Source: Basidiobolus meristosporus CBS 931.73 (lineage: Eukaryota; Fungi; Basidiobolomycota). From it: a stretch of 64,000 nt of DNA. Positions 11,409-26,915 of the stretch are shown here, piece after piece. How positions within the stretch are numbered: position 1 is the stretch's first letter; every line of letters starts with the position of its first letter. A program made the position numbers and the translations under genes. Below the pieces are notes generated by a model. That model saw only the letters and a list, made by a program, of their open reading frames with translations, did not search any database and was not told the DNA's origin. The stretch spans positions 1 to 64,000 of the forward strand of contig MCFE01000171.1 of the NCBI GenBank assembly GCA_002104905.1. Reading direction: 5' to 3'.

Positions 11409-11932
11409 TTTTACGTGTTTTACCTCCGAGAGTGTTGGCTCCCTGCGCTCTCCCCGCCTTGTATTAATAATATCTACCTAGCTCGTTCCATTCGATATGT
11501 TACGTATTACACCTGATACCTCCAACTGTACGATTACACTTCTCGCCTTTCCGAACTGCCTACATGTCCACTTACCAGTCCAAGCTTGACAAATACTATG
11601 TCCTCACCAAATCCTAATCACCCCGTTGATTCTACATGTATACTCTGTTAAATTTACCACTATAAAGCTGTCGATAATTGACTTTTCCTGATCTGAATAC
11701 ATCTAGATCCATACTAAACACGTGTAGTTAACTTCCAAATATCCCAAACAAGTTACGTCCAGATTGATTCACAATGTTAGTTTAGCCTTAATCAAGTTAG
11801 TTGGCATCTATTCACCATATTGTTGGAAACATATGTTGAATCTATCTTGGAAATCCCTGTTTCTACTGAACCTTTCTTCTGCCAGTGTTATATCCGTTTC
11901 TTATCTACCTGGTAAAGCTAACGTTTTAAACG

Positions 11933-13467
11933 ATGGAAAAATATTCGCGATGGAGAGTAAGTTGCACACTGCTACAGTTTGTTTACGGTAGTGTGGAAAC
12001 TAACTCACAATCGTAGGATGCAGGCACAGGCATCCAGCCTTTTCTTCCACCAGTGGTACATCAAGCTTTTCAGTTCGATTCCTGATGTGGAGTTCTTTAC
12101 TAATCCCTACTTAGCCTTTGAAAACTGAGGCTAACCCAATCAGCACAGTTCACAAATTCTTGAAGGATTACGTCTTGGGACCAGTCATCTCGGTTATACG
12201 ATTGGTGGGGCTTCTAGTCTCTTCATTGTTCATCGTTATCCTCGAGTTGTGTCTTAGTCTTGTAAGTATGAAAGTGTATAGACAAAGATCAAGGCATATT
12301 CAGCTAAAGTGTCTTGTATATAGGTCCCTATCACCCAATTGCGACGACAGCTTCGACGGGGCCTGATAACCCCATTCAGCCGTCTACTCTTGATATTCAC
12401 TGGTTTTTATTGGATCAGCTCGGAATCAAGTACTGTTAGAAAGGGGTACATAGATATTCATGCTTCTCATATGACTATATTCACCAACGTACTGTTTCAC
12501 GAAGACGAAGCCAAGGAGCTGCTCGTAGAAAAGCCGCCAATGCGGACGTGAGTTCCGGGGACATTATTGTTGTAAACCACACGTCTTACATAGATATCTT
12601 GTATCTTTATTTCCGGTAAGGACGCAAGTTTGAGAACTATCAGATGCTTCAACAACAGCAAACTTACCAGTTACCACCACCTCCCATAGGTATGATCCTG
12701 TTTTCACCCAAGTCTACCTCTCCAATCTTTCGGTCAGACCGCTATCAGTTTGGTCGGCTTTAAAAGCGTGTGGAACTTATCCGGAGGCGGAACCAAAATC
12801 CAAGGTTCAGACTTATTCGCTGAACGAACTGTCGGAAATCGCCAAGCAACAGAACCGGGGTCCCGTCATCGTTTTTCCTGAGGTAGGCCATCTTTTACGG
12901 GGAAGCTGACAATGGATTTGAAATTGACGTCAAATTGCCAGGGAACTACGTCGAATGGTAGAGCGCTACTCAAGTTTCTCTCTTTGTTCGATGGACTAAA
13001 CATCCAGAAGGTCCAGGTTCATATTGTCGCATTGAAGTGAGTATTATGAGAATGGTTTTCTTGATCATGGGTTGAATTGCTGACTCCATCTGTAGATACA
13101 CGTATGAGGACTATGCCCCTGTCTATACTGTTGGAAACCGCTTCTTCCATCTTTTCAGGCTATGTTCTCAGGTATTTATGATCCCTTACTAGCTGTCAGC
13201 TGAAGTCACTTGCTAACCATTGAACACCCCCGGTAGTACACCAACACTCTATCCGTCAAAAGATTGAATTCGTCGGAAGTGTCATTGGCAGAGGAGTCTT
13301 CCAGCACTTCACCCGAAGAAACTATTTCTTCTAAGATCACCTCGCTGTTTTCCCAGGTGGCACGACTTCGCAAGACAAACTTGGGTCTACAGGATAAGCA
13401 AGATTTCCTCGAATTCTACTGGACACGGACGAAGGGCAAGTACCAGCCTGAGCAGAAGAAACGCTAA
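11933..13467 (+). CDS. LOA1: Lysophospholipid acyltransferase, Loa1/Vps66-like, multi-exon
   Basis: Spliced N-terminus MEKYSRWR|DAGTGIQPFLPP is the Vps66/Loa1 hallmark. Acyltransferase motifs VNHTSYIDILY (HxxxxD) and VIVFPE|GTTSNGRALLKF. Ends KQDFLEFY...KKR*. Confidence 0.85.
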
Positions 13468-13640
13468 GCGCTAGCGGCTGTTTGAAATCTTGAATAAATG
13501 CATATAAACCTATGATCAATACCATTCACCTTCGTTTTGTTGCAAATCGGGTGTCGGTGTATATGCTATTGCCGTGGCTATATTCAGATACAGATTATGC
13601 CATCTGACTGGATTCTCCCACTTTTCCGTTCTATCATAAT

Positions 13641-13679
13641 CCCAATTTCTGCCCAATTTCTGCCCAATTTCTGCCCAAT
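13641..13679. repeat. 11-bp tandem repeat (CCCAATTTCTG)x3.5 in a promoter region
   Basis: Copies at 13641, 13652, 13663 and a partial copy at 13674. Confidence 0.85.
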
Positions 13680-13706
13680 ACTTTGATCACAAGCAATCGG
13701 GCGAAT

Positions 13707-13714
13707 TCACGTGA
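13707..13714. promoter_or_regulatory. Palindromic E-box TCACGTGA, about 100 bp upstream of the DUF2470 gene
   Basis: Sequence match to the bHLH (Cbf1/SREBP-type) consensus; function is inferred only. Confidence 0.35.
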
Positions 13715-13810
13715 CCACACAAATGGGCTCATCTTAGTTAATGGAGCTTCAAAAGTACAAGGAGAATTCCAACTGTCAGCCTAGTTTTGAGAACCAAGTA
13801 GTTTTCTCCA

Positions 13811-14671
13811 ATGTTTAGACCTGTGAACGTTAGAAATGTCCCAAGACAGGACTCCATCGCCAACTCTTCTGAAACTATTGTGGCGCACATGAATGAAGGG
13901 CACGCCGAAGAACTGTTGATGTACGGGAAGTTTTTTGGCGAGTGTAAACAGGCTGTGTCCGCCACTTTGGTGGATATCGATCAATCTGGGTTGACGATAG
14001 TCTGTCTAACAGAAGAAAAGGAAGAGGAGGAGATCAGAATAGCCTTCAGGAACCCCGTTCCAAACAAGGCTTCCTTGAAAGAGGCCCTTGATGAACTCAC
14101 CGAGGAAGCTGCCAAGGGTTTAGGGGTAAGCGAACGTTTTCGGCTCTCTTCCTATTTTTCTTTCTTCGCCACTTCTCAGCATATGGCCGGGTTAAAAACT
14201 TTCGAAAAATGGAAAGTCCCCTTGTCGGCCTGCTGCTCACAGTTTCAATGCAGTCTGTTTGAAAAGTGACCTTTGAGATTAACCTTGCTTCTCCGCCAGG
14301 TTCCAGTGCCGGGACGCCGTGGTATCTCGAAAAAAGAGCTCGGGTCGGACGGGTTCTTCATTCTTCCAGATCCCAACCATGCTTTAATCGTGTTGTTCGC
14401 GGTAATCTCGTACACATACCTTGTGTTCAGCTCGAATCCTATCTGGCCGTTAAATTATCTTAAGCTGTTCTTCGGACAAGGGGTTCTCAACGCTCTCTTC
14501 GCGGTAATGGTCTTGATCCATGCTGCGGAGGCGTTTGTTGCATGGGCCATATGTCTGACCAGACCCGAATACGACAACGAGACGGTGATGAAATGGGTCA
14601 TCTCCACGTTCATATTCGGAATCGGTAGCCTTCGGAAGTTGTTTGCCCAACCCAAGAAGAAGAGTAACTAG
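13811..14671 (+). CDS. DUF2470 + TMEM254-like membrane protein, 2 exons (intron 14126-14299)
   Basis: N-terminal IVAHMNEGHAEEL...LVDIDQSG...RIAF is DUF2470-like. C-terminal LIHAAEAFVAW...KWVISTFIFGIGSLRKL is TMEM254-like. GTAAGC...CAG intron keeps the frame. Confidence 0.75.
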
Positions 14672-14889
14672 TGAACCAAGCAGCCAATTTCCATTCAAAC
14701 CATTTATTTTTGTAACGATGTAATTGTATTTACATGTTTATAGTCATACACTTGAATCTAGTGGCTCCGTCGAATCTTAACTTCATTCTCCATCTCCATA
14801 TAAACATCTTTGCAATTGATTTCTGACTCCAAGATAATGCTAGTATATAGACACACATCACCGTGGTTTTCGGCCACATGGGTACTCTA

Positions 14890-15687
14890 CTAGTGAGCGG
14901 GTCGAGGGGGGAGGGCTGGTTGTGGCGGTTCGAGAGCACCATTATGTTTCGGTGATGGAGGTGCCTCTACATCACGCTCGCTCAACTCGTCAGCTGCCCA
15001 CAGAGCACATCCTACTACATTGGTAAACATGAACACAAGGTTCCCCAATGGGACCAATTCTAAAGCAAGTGCGACCATCCCAAAGGAAGTATAGTCGGAA
15101 CGATTCTTCATAACATGCTCCCTCGACTGGCTGAGATTGAGCCCCAGTATTTCTACGTGGTAATGAAGCATGTATCCCCACGTAAGAAAGAGTCCATTTA
15201 GATAGCAGTACATGGCGGTCCCTAGACCAGGCACTACATTCAAGGGCATAGTGAGGATCAAGGTAGGAAGTTCAACCAGTAACTCTCCAAACAATCGATA
15301 CTTGACGTAGCGTAAACCGGTGAACCCCAACCGACGTAAGTAGCCGCTGTGTGAGGGAAGATGTTGCTGGAAGCCGCGCAGTCTGAGCACTGCGTCGAAC
15401 AGCCGATCGAGCATGAGAGGAAGAAATAGGATGTAGCATAGGAAGATCATTAAAAAGCTTTCGATCAACAAGAATATCACTGCCACAAACCAGGCTAGTC
15501 CTGCGGGACAGTGCGCTCTAATGAGTGCATGTGCCGTAGGAGCGACTGCAAAACCAAGTCCAACAAAGGAGAGGATACTAACTAACAACAAAAACAAGAT
15601 CCCGTGAAGGCATTTGCTCCAAAGCGTAGGGTGCGAAACGAAGAACAGCAATCCCTGAATCGGGTAGGAAGACTTTGGTGCTTTCAT
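14890..15687 (-). CDS. EI24/CysZ-family membrane protein, intronless, 265 aa
   Basis: SYPIQGLLFFVSHPTLW, LDRLFDAVLRLRG, LNVVPGLG and FGMVALALELVP...FTNVVGCALWAAD pattern. Confidence 0.8.
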   Translation of the reverse strand: MKAPKSSYPIQGLLFFVSHPTLWSKCLHGILFLLLVSILSFVGLGFAVAPTAHALIRAHCPAGLAWFVAVIFLLIESFLMIFLCYILFLPLMLDRLFDAVLRLRGFQQHLPSHSGYLRRLGFTGLRYVKYRLFGELLVELPTLILTMPLNVVPGLGTAMYCYLNGLFLTWGYMLHYHVEILGLNLSQSREHVMKNRSDYTSFGMVALALELVPLGNLVFMFTNVVGCALWAADELSERDVEAPPSPKHNGALEPPQPALPPRPAH

Positions 15688-16138
15688 ACAAGCTTATTCA
15701 GACAGGTGGGTTTTGCGTCTGGTTATGTTGAGTCAAGGTGTAGGTCATGGTTTGCACCAACGAGAATGCATCAATGATGTCATGTTGATGGATGGAAGTT
15801 GTTATGGCTGTTTCATTGAATGCAAGTACAATTGGATTTCACCTGCTTAACTCGAATATCAAACAATGGTCTCTGCTGATCCTCATCAGCATATCGGCAT
15901 AGGTATCCGCAGGGTATCAGTGGCCATCGAAATGTGACAGTCTTGAATCCTGAACGATTTTCAGGGAAACTCAACTCCTATCTTGTGTTGGGGGCTGTGG
16001 CTTGTATTTGGCACCATATTTTCATCAGGTTCCTTAGATCCAGAGATTTTCACCAACTTGGAACAATATGGGAGTTGTTGTGAGAGTCAGGCTGTTCGAG
16101 TGTATCCATATAAATGGTCAAGCTGATACCCTACATGG

Positions 16139-17148
16139 ATGGTACAGATGTCTAGTTCAACCGACAACGACTCGAATCTACGCTTCAGTGGCGCCTGGTT
16201 CATATGGATCAATCTCTCGTTGCTGATTTTTTCATTCACTCTGGTAGTGCATGTACGCAACTCATTCACCTCGCTAAGACTACTGGCGAAGATACCCTCA
16301 GACCTGCTCTTCTGGTTCGGTGCTGTCCAATCCACTGCTGCCATTTTTTGCCATATAAGCAAGATGACCGACTACTTCTTCACAACAAATTGTAGCTTCA
16401 AATCCATCTTTAACCCAACGTTTTACTACATCAGCACTACCGCGTTGGCCGCCGTTCTCTACCGCCGGTGCTACTTCAGCATTCGTTATGGTCGACATCT
16501 CTTCTTCGCCGGAGCAATGGTCGTTTTTGGGATGAAGCTCTCCGGTCTAGTTGTGCTACTATCTAATTTCTCTCCCGCGCCCGCCGTGTTCCGTGAGTGC
16601 AAGTCCATGTTGATGCACATCCCCTCCACCATCTATTTCGGGATTGAGATCTGTATGAACGCATACGTGATGCTCTGGTGGCTCATCATCCTGGGAGACC
16701 GAGTATATCTGCAGGATAAACCCTGGCGAGGAGCTATCCGAAAGGATGGGAGTAGCTACACTCTGGCGAGCACGGCCAGCACCATTCTATTCGCTTCGCT
16801 CCTGATGAATGGCGTAGTTCTGGGTTTGAGTACGGATGTCCTCAACCAAGTTCAATGTAAAGTATCTAGATCAAATATCGCTTTGTGGAATACACGTCTG
16901 ACATTACTCGATACTTAGGGGCTATACAATCGATGCTCTGTACCCAGCAGCTTGTGGAGTACTACCATGATGTCAAAGTCATACTTCCAACAGTCAACGA
17001 ATCGCTTAGCACAACCGCCTGTGAAATGCTTCAGAATAGAGGCTCGTTGGAGTTCTCCAAAGGAGACACGCCAAGTGAAGAGACGGATCAACAGTCCACT
17101 TCCAAATCATATCAAGTACTCAGCAGAGATATGGACATCCCAACATAA
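16139..17148 (+). CDS. Orphan 7-TM, GPCR-like membrane protein (intron about 16858-16918)
   Basis: Seven hydrophobic segments, a Cys at the top of TM3 and in the TM4-TM5 loop (FRECK), and a Ser/Thr-rich cytoplasmic tail. The second exon (WAIQSMLCTQQLV...) joins through a GT...TAG intron. Confidence 0.65.
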
Positions 17149-17230
17149 CAGTAACAGATTCATAGTTTTGTTTATCAAAGTTAATATATGCATATGCAGT
17201 CTAAAATAAATGGGATGATGGTTGGATTGT

Positions 17231-18814
<1,584 letters not shown>

Positions 18815-19369
18815 CGGATTTCTTTGAAGTGTTTGCTCAGATAATGCCGTCCTCGCGTTTTATATTTCGACGGTTCATTCTCGGCAATATGGTTAGAGTC
18901 TTCCCACGTTTTCTCGCACGTTGGTCAACTGGCTGGTAGAGTGTAGGCTTTCTCGTGGCCTTGGTGGAGTTGGAGTCAGTTTGACCATTGCCATCCATTG
19001 CTTCTGTCAAGTCCTGCCTCTCTATCGAAATCCGTATGCATATGTGCAGCCATGCACCCTCATTCAATGTAGGGAAGATCAGTCACGATATGTTAATCTG
19101 TATGAGATCTGGGGAACATGGAAGATTTGACTTGCACCAGGTTAGTAGGCAACTACAGTAGGTAATGGTCAGCTCTGATCTTGCCATGATTACAGAGTGG
19201 ATTTGATTTAAACAGATTTGGTAATCATCTTATGCATTTTGACTAATAGGACTGAATTGTTATTAGTAAAATCAACTTGAGATGACGTTTAGGGAAGTAA
19301 TCCTATTTCAAGTATTCACCATTCAACCTCTCACCAAGCTGCGTTGAATTCCCTTTCATATTGAACTTG

Positions 19370-20126
<757 letters not shown>

Positions 20127-20455
20127 TGGTACGGATGGTGAAATAAGGCCGACTCCTATCTCGGACCTCTTGCTACTGCCGATATGGCACTTCCCAACTA
20201 AACACCAATAAATATCTGTAATATGTTTCGAATTGAAAGATGAAGTGAGTCATTTGATCAACACCGCAAGGCTACTAGCATTAAATGTAATGAGTAATGT
20301 CAAGAACGGATCGATTCCCGCAAAAGCAATGATGGCCATGCATCGACAATCTTGGCCACTTTGGAGTGTTGTTTACACCTTGCTTCACCTGGCATTTGTT
20401 TAAAGTCTATACACACCTTGCTTCGCCCTTTATCGGCTTTCATCACCACTTCCCC

Positions 20456-21744
20456 ATGAACTCACGAGCTGCCAATAGAGATGTTTTTCTTGAACTGGAG
20501 AAATGTAAGCCAAAGGTGCTGCTCCACTAACCCCGAACCCATGCTCACCCATCAATCCTAGTCAAACGGAAACACCAAAAACAAAACCAAGATCTTGTTC
20601 GGTAAGATCTTCTTCGTTCTCCGTATACAACCTTGATTCAGCTAACTTGCCGTAAGATCGAACACACTTCAAGCACTTCAGCTTCGAAAATGTGAACTCG
20701 AAAAAAATCGACTGATCAGCGAGAACATCGAACTTCGCACACAATTCGCTAGCTCCCATACTTCTAATAGCACCTTCAAGTTGGCCCAGCTCACAGAAAC
20801 GCGCATAAAGCGCCTTGAAGTACGTGATTTGATAAAGTCCCGAATACACGAAGTGCTAATCTTCCGGGCAGACTATTCAAGGTTTATTGGAAAGCATTCG
20901 TCAAGAGCTGGTAGACCTTTCCCAAGATATCAGCCCGGCACTGCTTCTCACCGAAGAAGCTCCCCCCGAAAGCGGTGCAAGCTATGGCAAAAGATCAAAT
21001 CGTAAACTATCAGGCTATCTAGAATTTTCCGAGTGGATGTAAACACTCTAACTGCTACTTACTTGCCTCCAGAGCCCTTGAAGAAATATTCAAAAGCACA
21101 AACTTTGGTATGGTCCAAATATACGGGCTGCTTGTTCCTATGCACTCACCGATTAAAAGGTCACAAATTTGCTTGCTGGTGAGGATATCGAGCCAGCATT
21201 AAAAAGCCAGGACAGACCAATTAAGGCGTAAGCATATAACAACCTCTATCTTGGCTTCTATTCATTGTACTTTCTATTCAGAACACTGGCGAGATCCCTT
21301 GAACCTATCGCGGAAAAGGTGAAAGAAGACGACTCCGAGCAAAGTTGTATTATGACTACTTCTTGGAACAAAGCTTGTTCACTCATAATCCTTTATTTCT
21401 GTCCACAGATAGCGATAGGAACACCAAGAGCATGGGCACCAAACGCAAGCCTGTCAAGGCCCGCTTTACAAGCTTTGAATTCGTTGAAGTTCAGCTGCCT
21501 CAAAAACAACCAAATTCTCCAAGTCAGCTAGCTGTCGAGTATCCAACGTAAGACACCAATTCCTCGATATCTAAGGATGTCTGGCATTAAACCTTTCGTA
21601 GTAAACGAAGGAGACAACCCATTTGTTACAAGCAACCCGACATACGAAGGTAGCATTGTTATCTGCATTGATTAGTTAGCCTCGGTAAACTAACTTAACT
21701 CCAGCAAACTCCGTAAAGGAGATCCGTTTACTTCCCAGCATTGA
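20456..21744 (+). CDS. SGO1: Shugoshin, compact (about 255-260 aa), about 9 introns; absent from the ORF track
   Basis: Hand-spliced N-terminal coiled coil FKRKHQKQNQDLVR|SNTLQALQLRKCELEKNRLISENIELR and C-terminal SGO motif KRRRQPICYKQPDIR|SKLRKGDPF, joined by canonical introns. Confidence 0.85.
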
Positions 21745-22098
21745 CCATCTTTTCCGGCCCATCACCATAAGCGGAAATAAGCGAATAGTTGGAGGATTTG
21801 TAGGAATTTCTAGCACTGCATTCAATCAAAGAATAAATTCGATGGCCACTGCGGTAATAAAAGCAAAATCAGATTGGGGATGATTTTTGGGTTGGGAGTT
21901 ACTTCATCCTGTGCTAAAGCTTTCCCCACCAATATACTCCTCGCCCCCATCCATCATTTCGTAGTAAATCAAGGAATGATTCCCACCCAATCATTGAGGA
22001 GGATTTTGGGTATCAACTTTCTTCACCCAATTTTTGGTCATAGGTTATAACCTCAAGGCTTTCGGTCCTCAGCAAACGGCTTAACTTTAGCTGACAAT

Positions 22099-23755
<1,657 letters not shown>

Positions 23756-23952
23756 TTTAGCTAGCCCTTATTCTTACGTAGCACTCATCCCTGCTGTTGG
23801 ACAAGCTTTTCCTTTTTAATTTTATAGCATTCCTAAAACACATCACTCAATAAAAGGATCATCGTGTATAAACAACGAGATTTCTAATGCTTTGAGGAAA
23901 ATGGCGAATGGTGGAAGTGGTGGATTTATTGAAGGACATGTGGCCCGAATCA

Positions 23953-25532
23953 TCAACCTTTGGTGTGAATTATCGAAGGACCGGACTCGTTGTAGTCTAC
24001 TTTGGTGATATGACTCTTGGGGTCAGGGAATACAAGCTGTTGGAAGGTGCATATGTGAGCCGCCGATCTATGTATGAACTGAACTTGAACCTACCTTGGC
24101 AACAATGGAGGCGCCTAGGAAGGAGGCGAACTCGGTGCGCTCCTTCAGCTGGGTGAAGTAATCCGGAATTTTACCGAACTTCACTTCTCGGTTCTGATTG
24201 TCCCCCAGGTTTTCCGAGTTCGCAAGGAAGGGGCTCAGCGAGGACTGTAGGGAGTCCTTGAGGCCTAGAGTGCATTGGTATTAGACGAGTGCCACACATG
24301 AGGCGGAAATGCGTGCTCACCTTTCAATTTGGATACTCCGCCGGTCAATATAACATTCTCCCACAGAGTGGCCCGCTTCTCTGGCTCACAACTGAATATC
24401 GCTAGGTGGATGGCTTCAGGCAGACTCAAACACTGAACTCCTACTAGGCTCGGGTCAAACAAAGGCTCAGCGCAACGGAACCTCGCGTCACCTATCATAA
24501 ACTACACACATGTCAGGCCTAGCGATACCGAAAATCCTACGCATTAATGCTCAGCACCTTTTTGGATTTGTACTCGATCTCAGCCCTGTCCTTCACCTCA
24601 TCTGTAGGCTCAACATTCATGGCACAGATCTCAGATTCCTTGACGAACCGTGCAAACTCCACTGGGATCTCTTCGCCGTACGCTAGACACAGCTCTGAAT
24701 CTTGCTTCAACAGCTCCACCAGATATTGATCGATATCTCTTCCACCCAGAGGCAGCACTTGCGCAGCATGATATTGCACAGTATTATCGATGATAGGTGT
24801 GATTTCTGACAAATTGTCAAGTCCGTTAGCTCTTAGGTCGTTAAGAAAAGCTGTAGTACATTGTTCGCACCAGTATAGGTATGTCCAATATCGATCACTG
24901 TGCCGGACACTATCCCGCACCCATAAAGAGCCATCAGAGGCTCCTCGGCAAGGTACAATCCCGGGACGTTCATGGTTTCGAAGAAAAACTGGGTGATTCG
25001 TTCACGATAGTCTTTCGGCCAAAACGTGGGGATGGTGAGCAGCACTGGGGAATCGTTCTTCGAACGTTTGATCTTCAGCTCCTTTACAAGGATGTGACGC
25101 CTGAGATTCGGTTAGGAATTAACAACAACAGCTACAGACACAGGTCTACACATATACAAGGGTAATTACCACAATTGCTCGAGAGCCTCCCAATCTTCAA
25201 TCCAACCACGCTCGACAGGGCGTATTAAAGAAAGTTCAGAGGCTGGTTCGTCCAGCTGTGGTCCAAACACGTATTGCTTTCCCTTCTTAATAGCCTCCTG
25301 ATTTTCCTCCTCTAGATCTGCATTATCGTTGTCCTTTTGCTCGAGCACTTCTTTACCAACCAACGTCGGTATGGTCTTGACATGGAAGAGAGAAAGGCGT
25401 TTAGTGACAGCTGATGGGGAAGAATCGAAGAGTGCTAACCAGCTGTGGTGTCTTATTGGTATCGTGTACACCTTTGACTACTTTTACAACACTTGAGCCA
25501 GTGTTTATTACTACGAAATGGTCTTCTTTCAT
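23953..25532 (-). CDS. ARP9: Actin-related protein, Arp9-like (SWI/SNF-RSC type), multi-exon
   Basis: MKEDHFVVINTGSS; RPVERGWIEDWEALEQLW; FFFETMNVPGLYLAEEPLMALYGCG; RFRCAEPLFDP; WENVILTGG; C-terminal KIPDYF...SFLGASIVAK|LVFPDPKSHITKVDYNESGPSIIH. The subfamily call is less certain than the actin-family call. Confidence 0.8.
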
Positions 25533-25898
25533 TATGGACTTCTACTGAATCACAGGCAACATAGTGATTCCAATTACCGCGATGAAAACAGCATTTTCGT
25601 GAATCGACAATGCCACCAATCGATTTCCAACAGGGGCCACAACATGAAAATTTTGGGACAGTTGATGTAAACGAGCACCAAACCCTACCAACAATGGGAT
25701 ATTTAGTCGATCGGGAAATCACTGGGCTCGGCAACGTGTATTAAGCAACTATTTCTATGTACGCGTACAAGATGTATCTGGAATAACAATATTGTAGGAT
25801 GAACCGGTGAGACAAAACATTTATTGTCACTGTAAACATTCGCACAAGTAAGGTAGATTCTGGAAGAATACAGGAAAATGGTGTAAAACTTGGACGAA

Positions 25899-26580
25899 TT
25901 AGTTCTTGTAACCACGGCTGGCACGACGACCTCTGGCGCGCTCGAACTTGCGTCCCTTGGAGCGAACATAGGGCTTGGCGTGGCTCTTGGGGACACCAGC
26001 GGCACCGAAGTGCTTGACGGCCTCACGAGAGTTCTTGGGACCTCTCAAGAGGACGGTGTTAGCACCAGTAGGGGCACGAAGAGCCAATTGATCGAAGGTG
26101 ATAATTTCACCACCGGCCTTCAAGATTCTGGCACGAGCAGTCTTGGTAACACGAAGAGCGCAGATGGAGAGCTTGGGAACTTCCAAAAGACGCTCGTCAT
26201 CAGTAACAGTTCCGACGACGACGGCAATCTTTCCCTCCTTGCCCTTGACGTAGCGAGCCAAGCGGGAGATGGAAAGAGGAGGTCTGTTAACGCGGGACAT
26301 AAAGAGACGCTTGAGGATGACCTTGTTGAACTTGGCGTCGGTACGACGGGCAAGGAATCTGTACAACTTCACCAAAAGTCTAAGGTAAACATCCTGACTA
26401 CGGGGTTCGGTTCTGTTACCGTTCTTAACGTGGTGTTTCTTAATGTCAATACCCTACAAATGGAGGTATTCGTTAGTGAATGTTCATCGACTGTAATCCA
26501 TCCATCCATCCATCCATTCATCGGTGAATGTCCGGCAGATACGGGCATTCCTCCTCGTATTGTTAAACAGTACTAACCAT
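25899..26580 (-). CDS. RPL18: 60S ribosomal protein eL18 (ATG | intron 26577-26454 | exon 2)
   Basis: M|[38 protein letters not shown]...[19 protein letters not shown]. Confidence 0.97.
26496..26515. repeat. (ATCC)5 microsatellite in the RPL18 intron
   Basis: Read directly from the sequence. Confidence 0.8.
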
Positions 26581-26915
26581 GTCAACCGAAACTTTTTCCT
26601 ACAAGAAAATGGAGAGAGGAAGGCTATACGTGACCATCACCAAATCTTTTAATCTCTGGAAAAAATTATCCATTTGCCCCTCACCTTTCTCCCCTCCCTC
26701 TCTCCAGATTGATCGATTAATCTGAAGTCCCGGGTCATTGTGGAGAGGATTTGATTTCGAAGAATCCACCTCAAGCTCAAGGTCAACTCGCTGCAACCAA
26801 TAAGTAAATAGACTAAGCCAGTCATATTTGTTTACATGTGCTGAAATACCAAAATTTCCGCTCCCCTTTATTTTTCTTAGTTTCCTCCAACCGACCTCTG
26901 TGTATTTCAATAGAG

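Noticed and set aside
12068-12090. GTTCGATTCC, resembling a tRNA T-loop, in a LOA1 intron
   Set aside because: The flanks do not form a T-stem (A-C mismatch) and there is no cloverleaf.
18837-19067. 76-aa ORF upstream of the subtilisin on the same strand
   Set aside because: It stops about 22 nt before the protease start, has no recognisable similarity and is probably chance.
26454-26577. Possible intronic snoRNA in the RPL18 intron (also considered for the longer introns of RBX1 and the DUF2470 gene)
   Set aside because: No convincing box C/D pair with a terminal stem, and no H/ACA structure.
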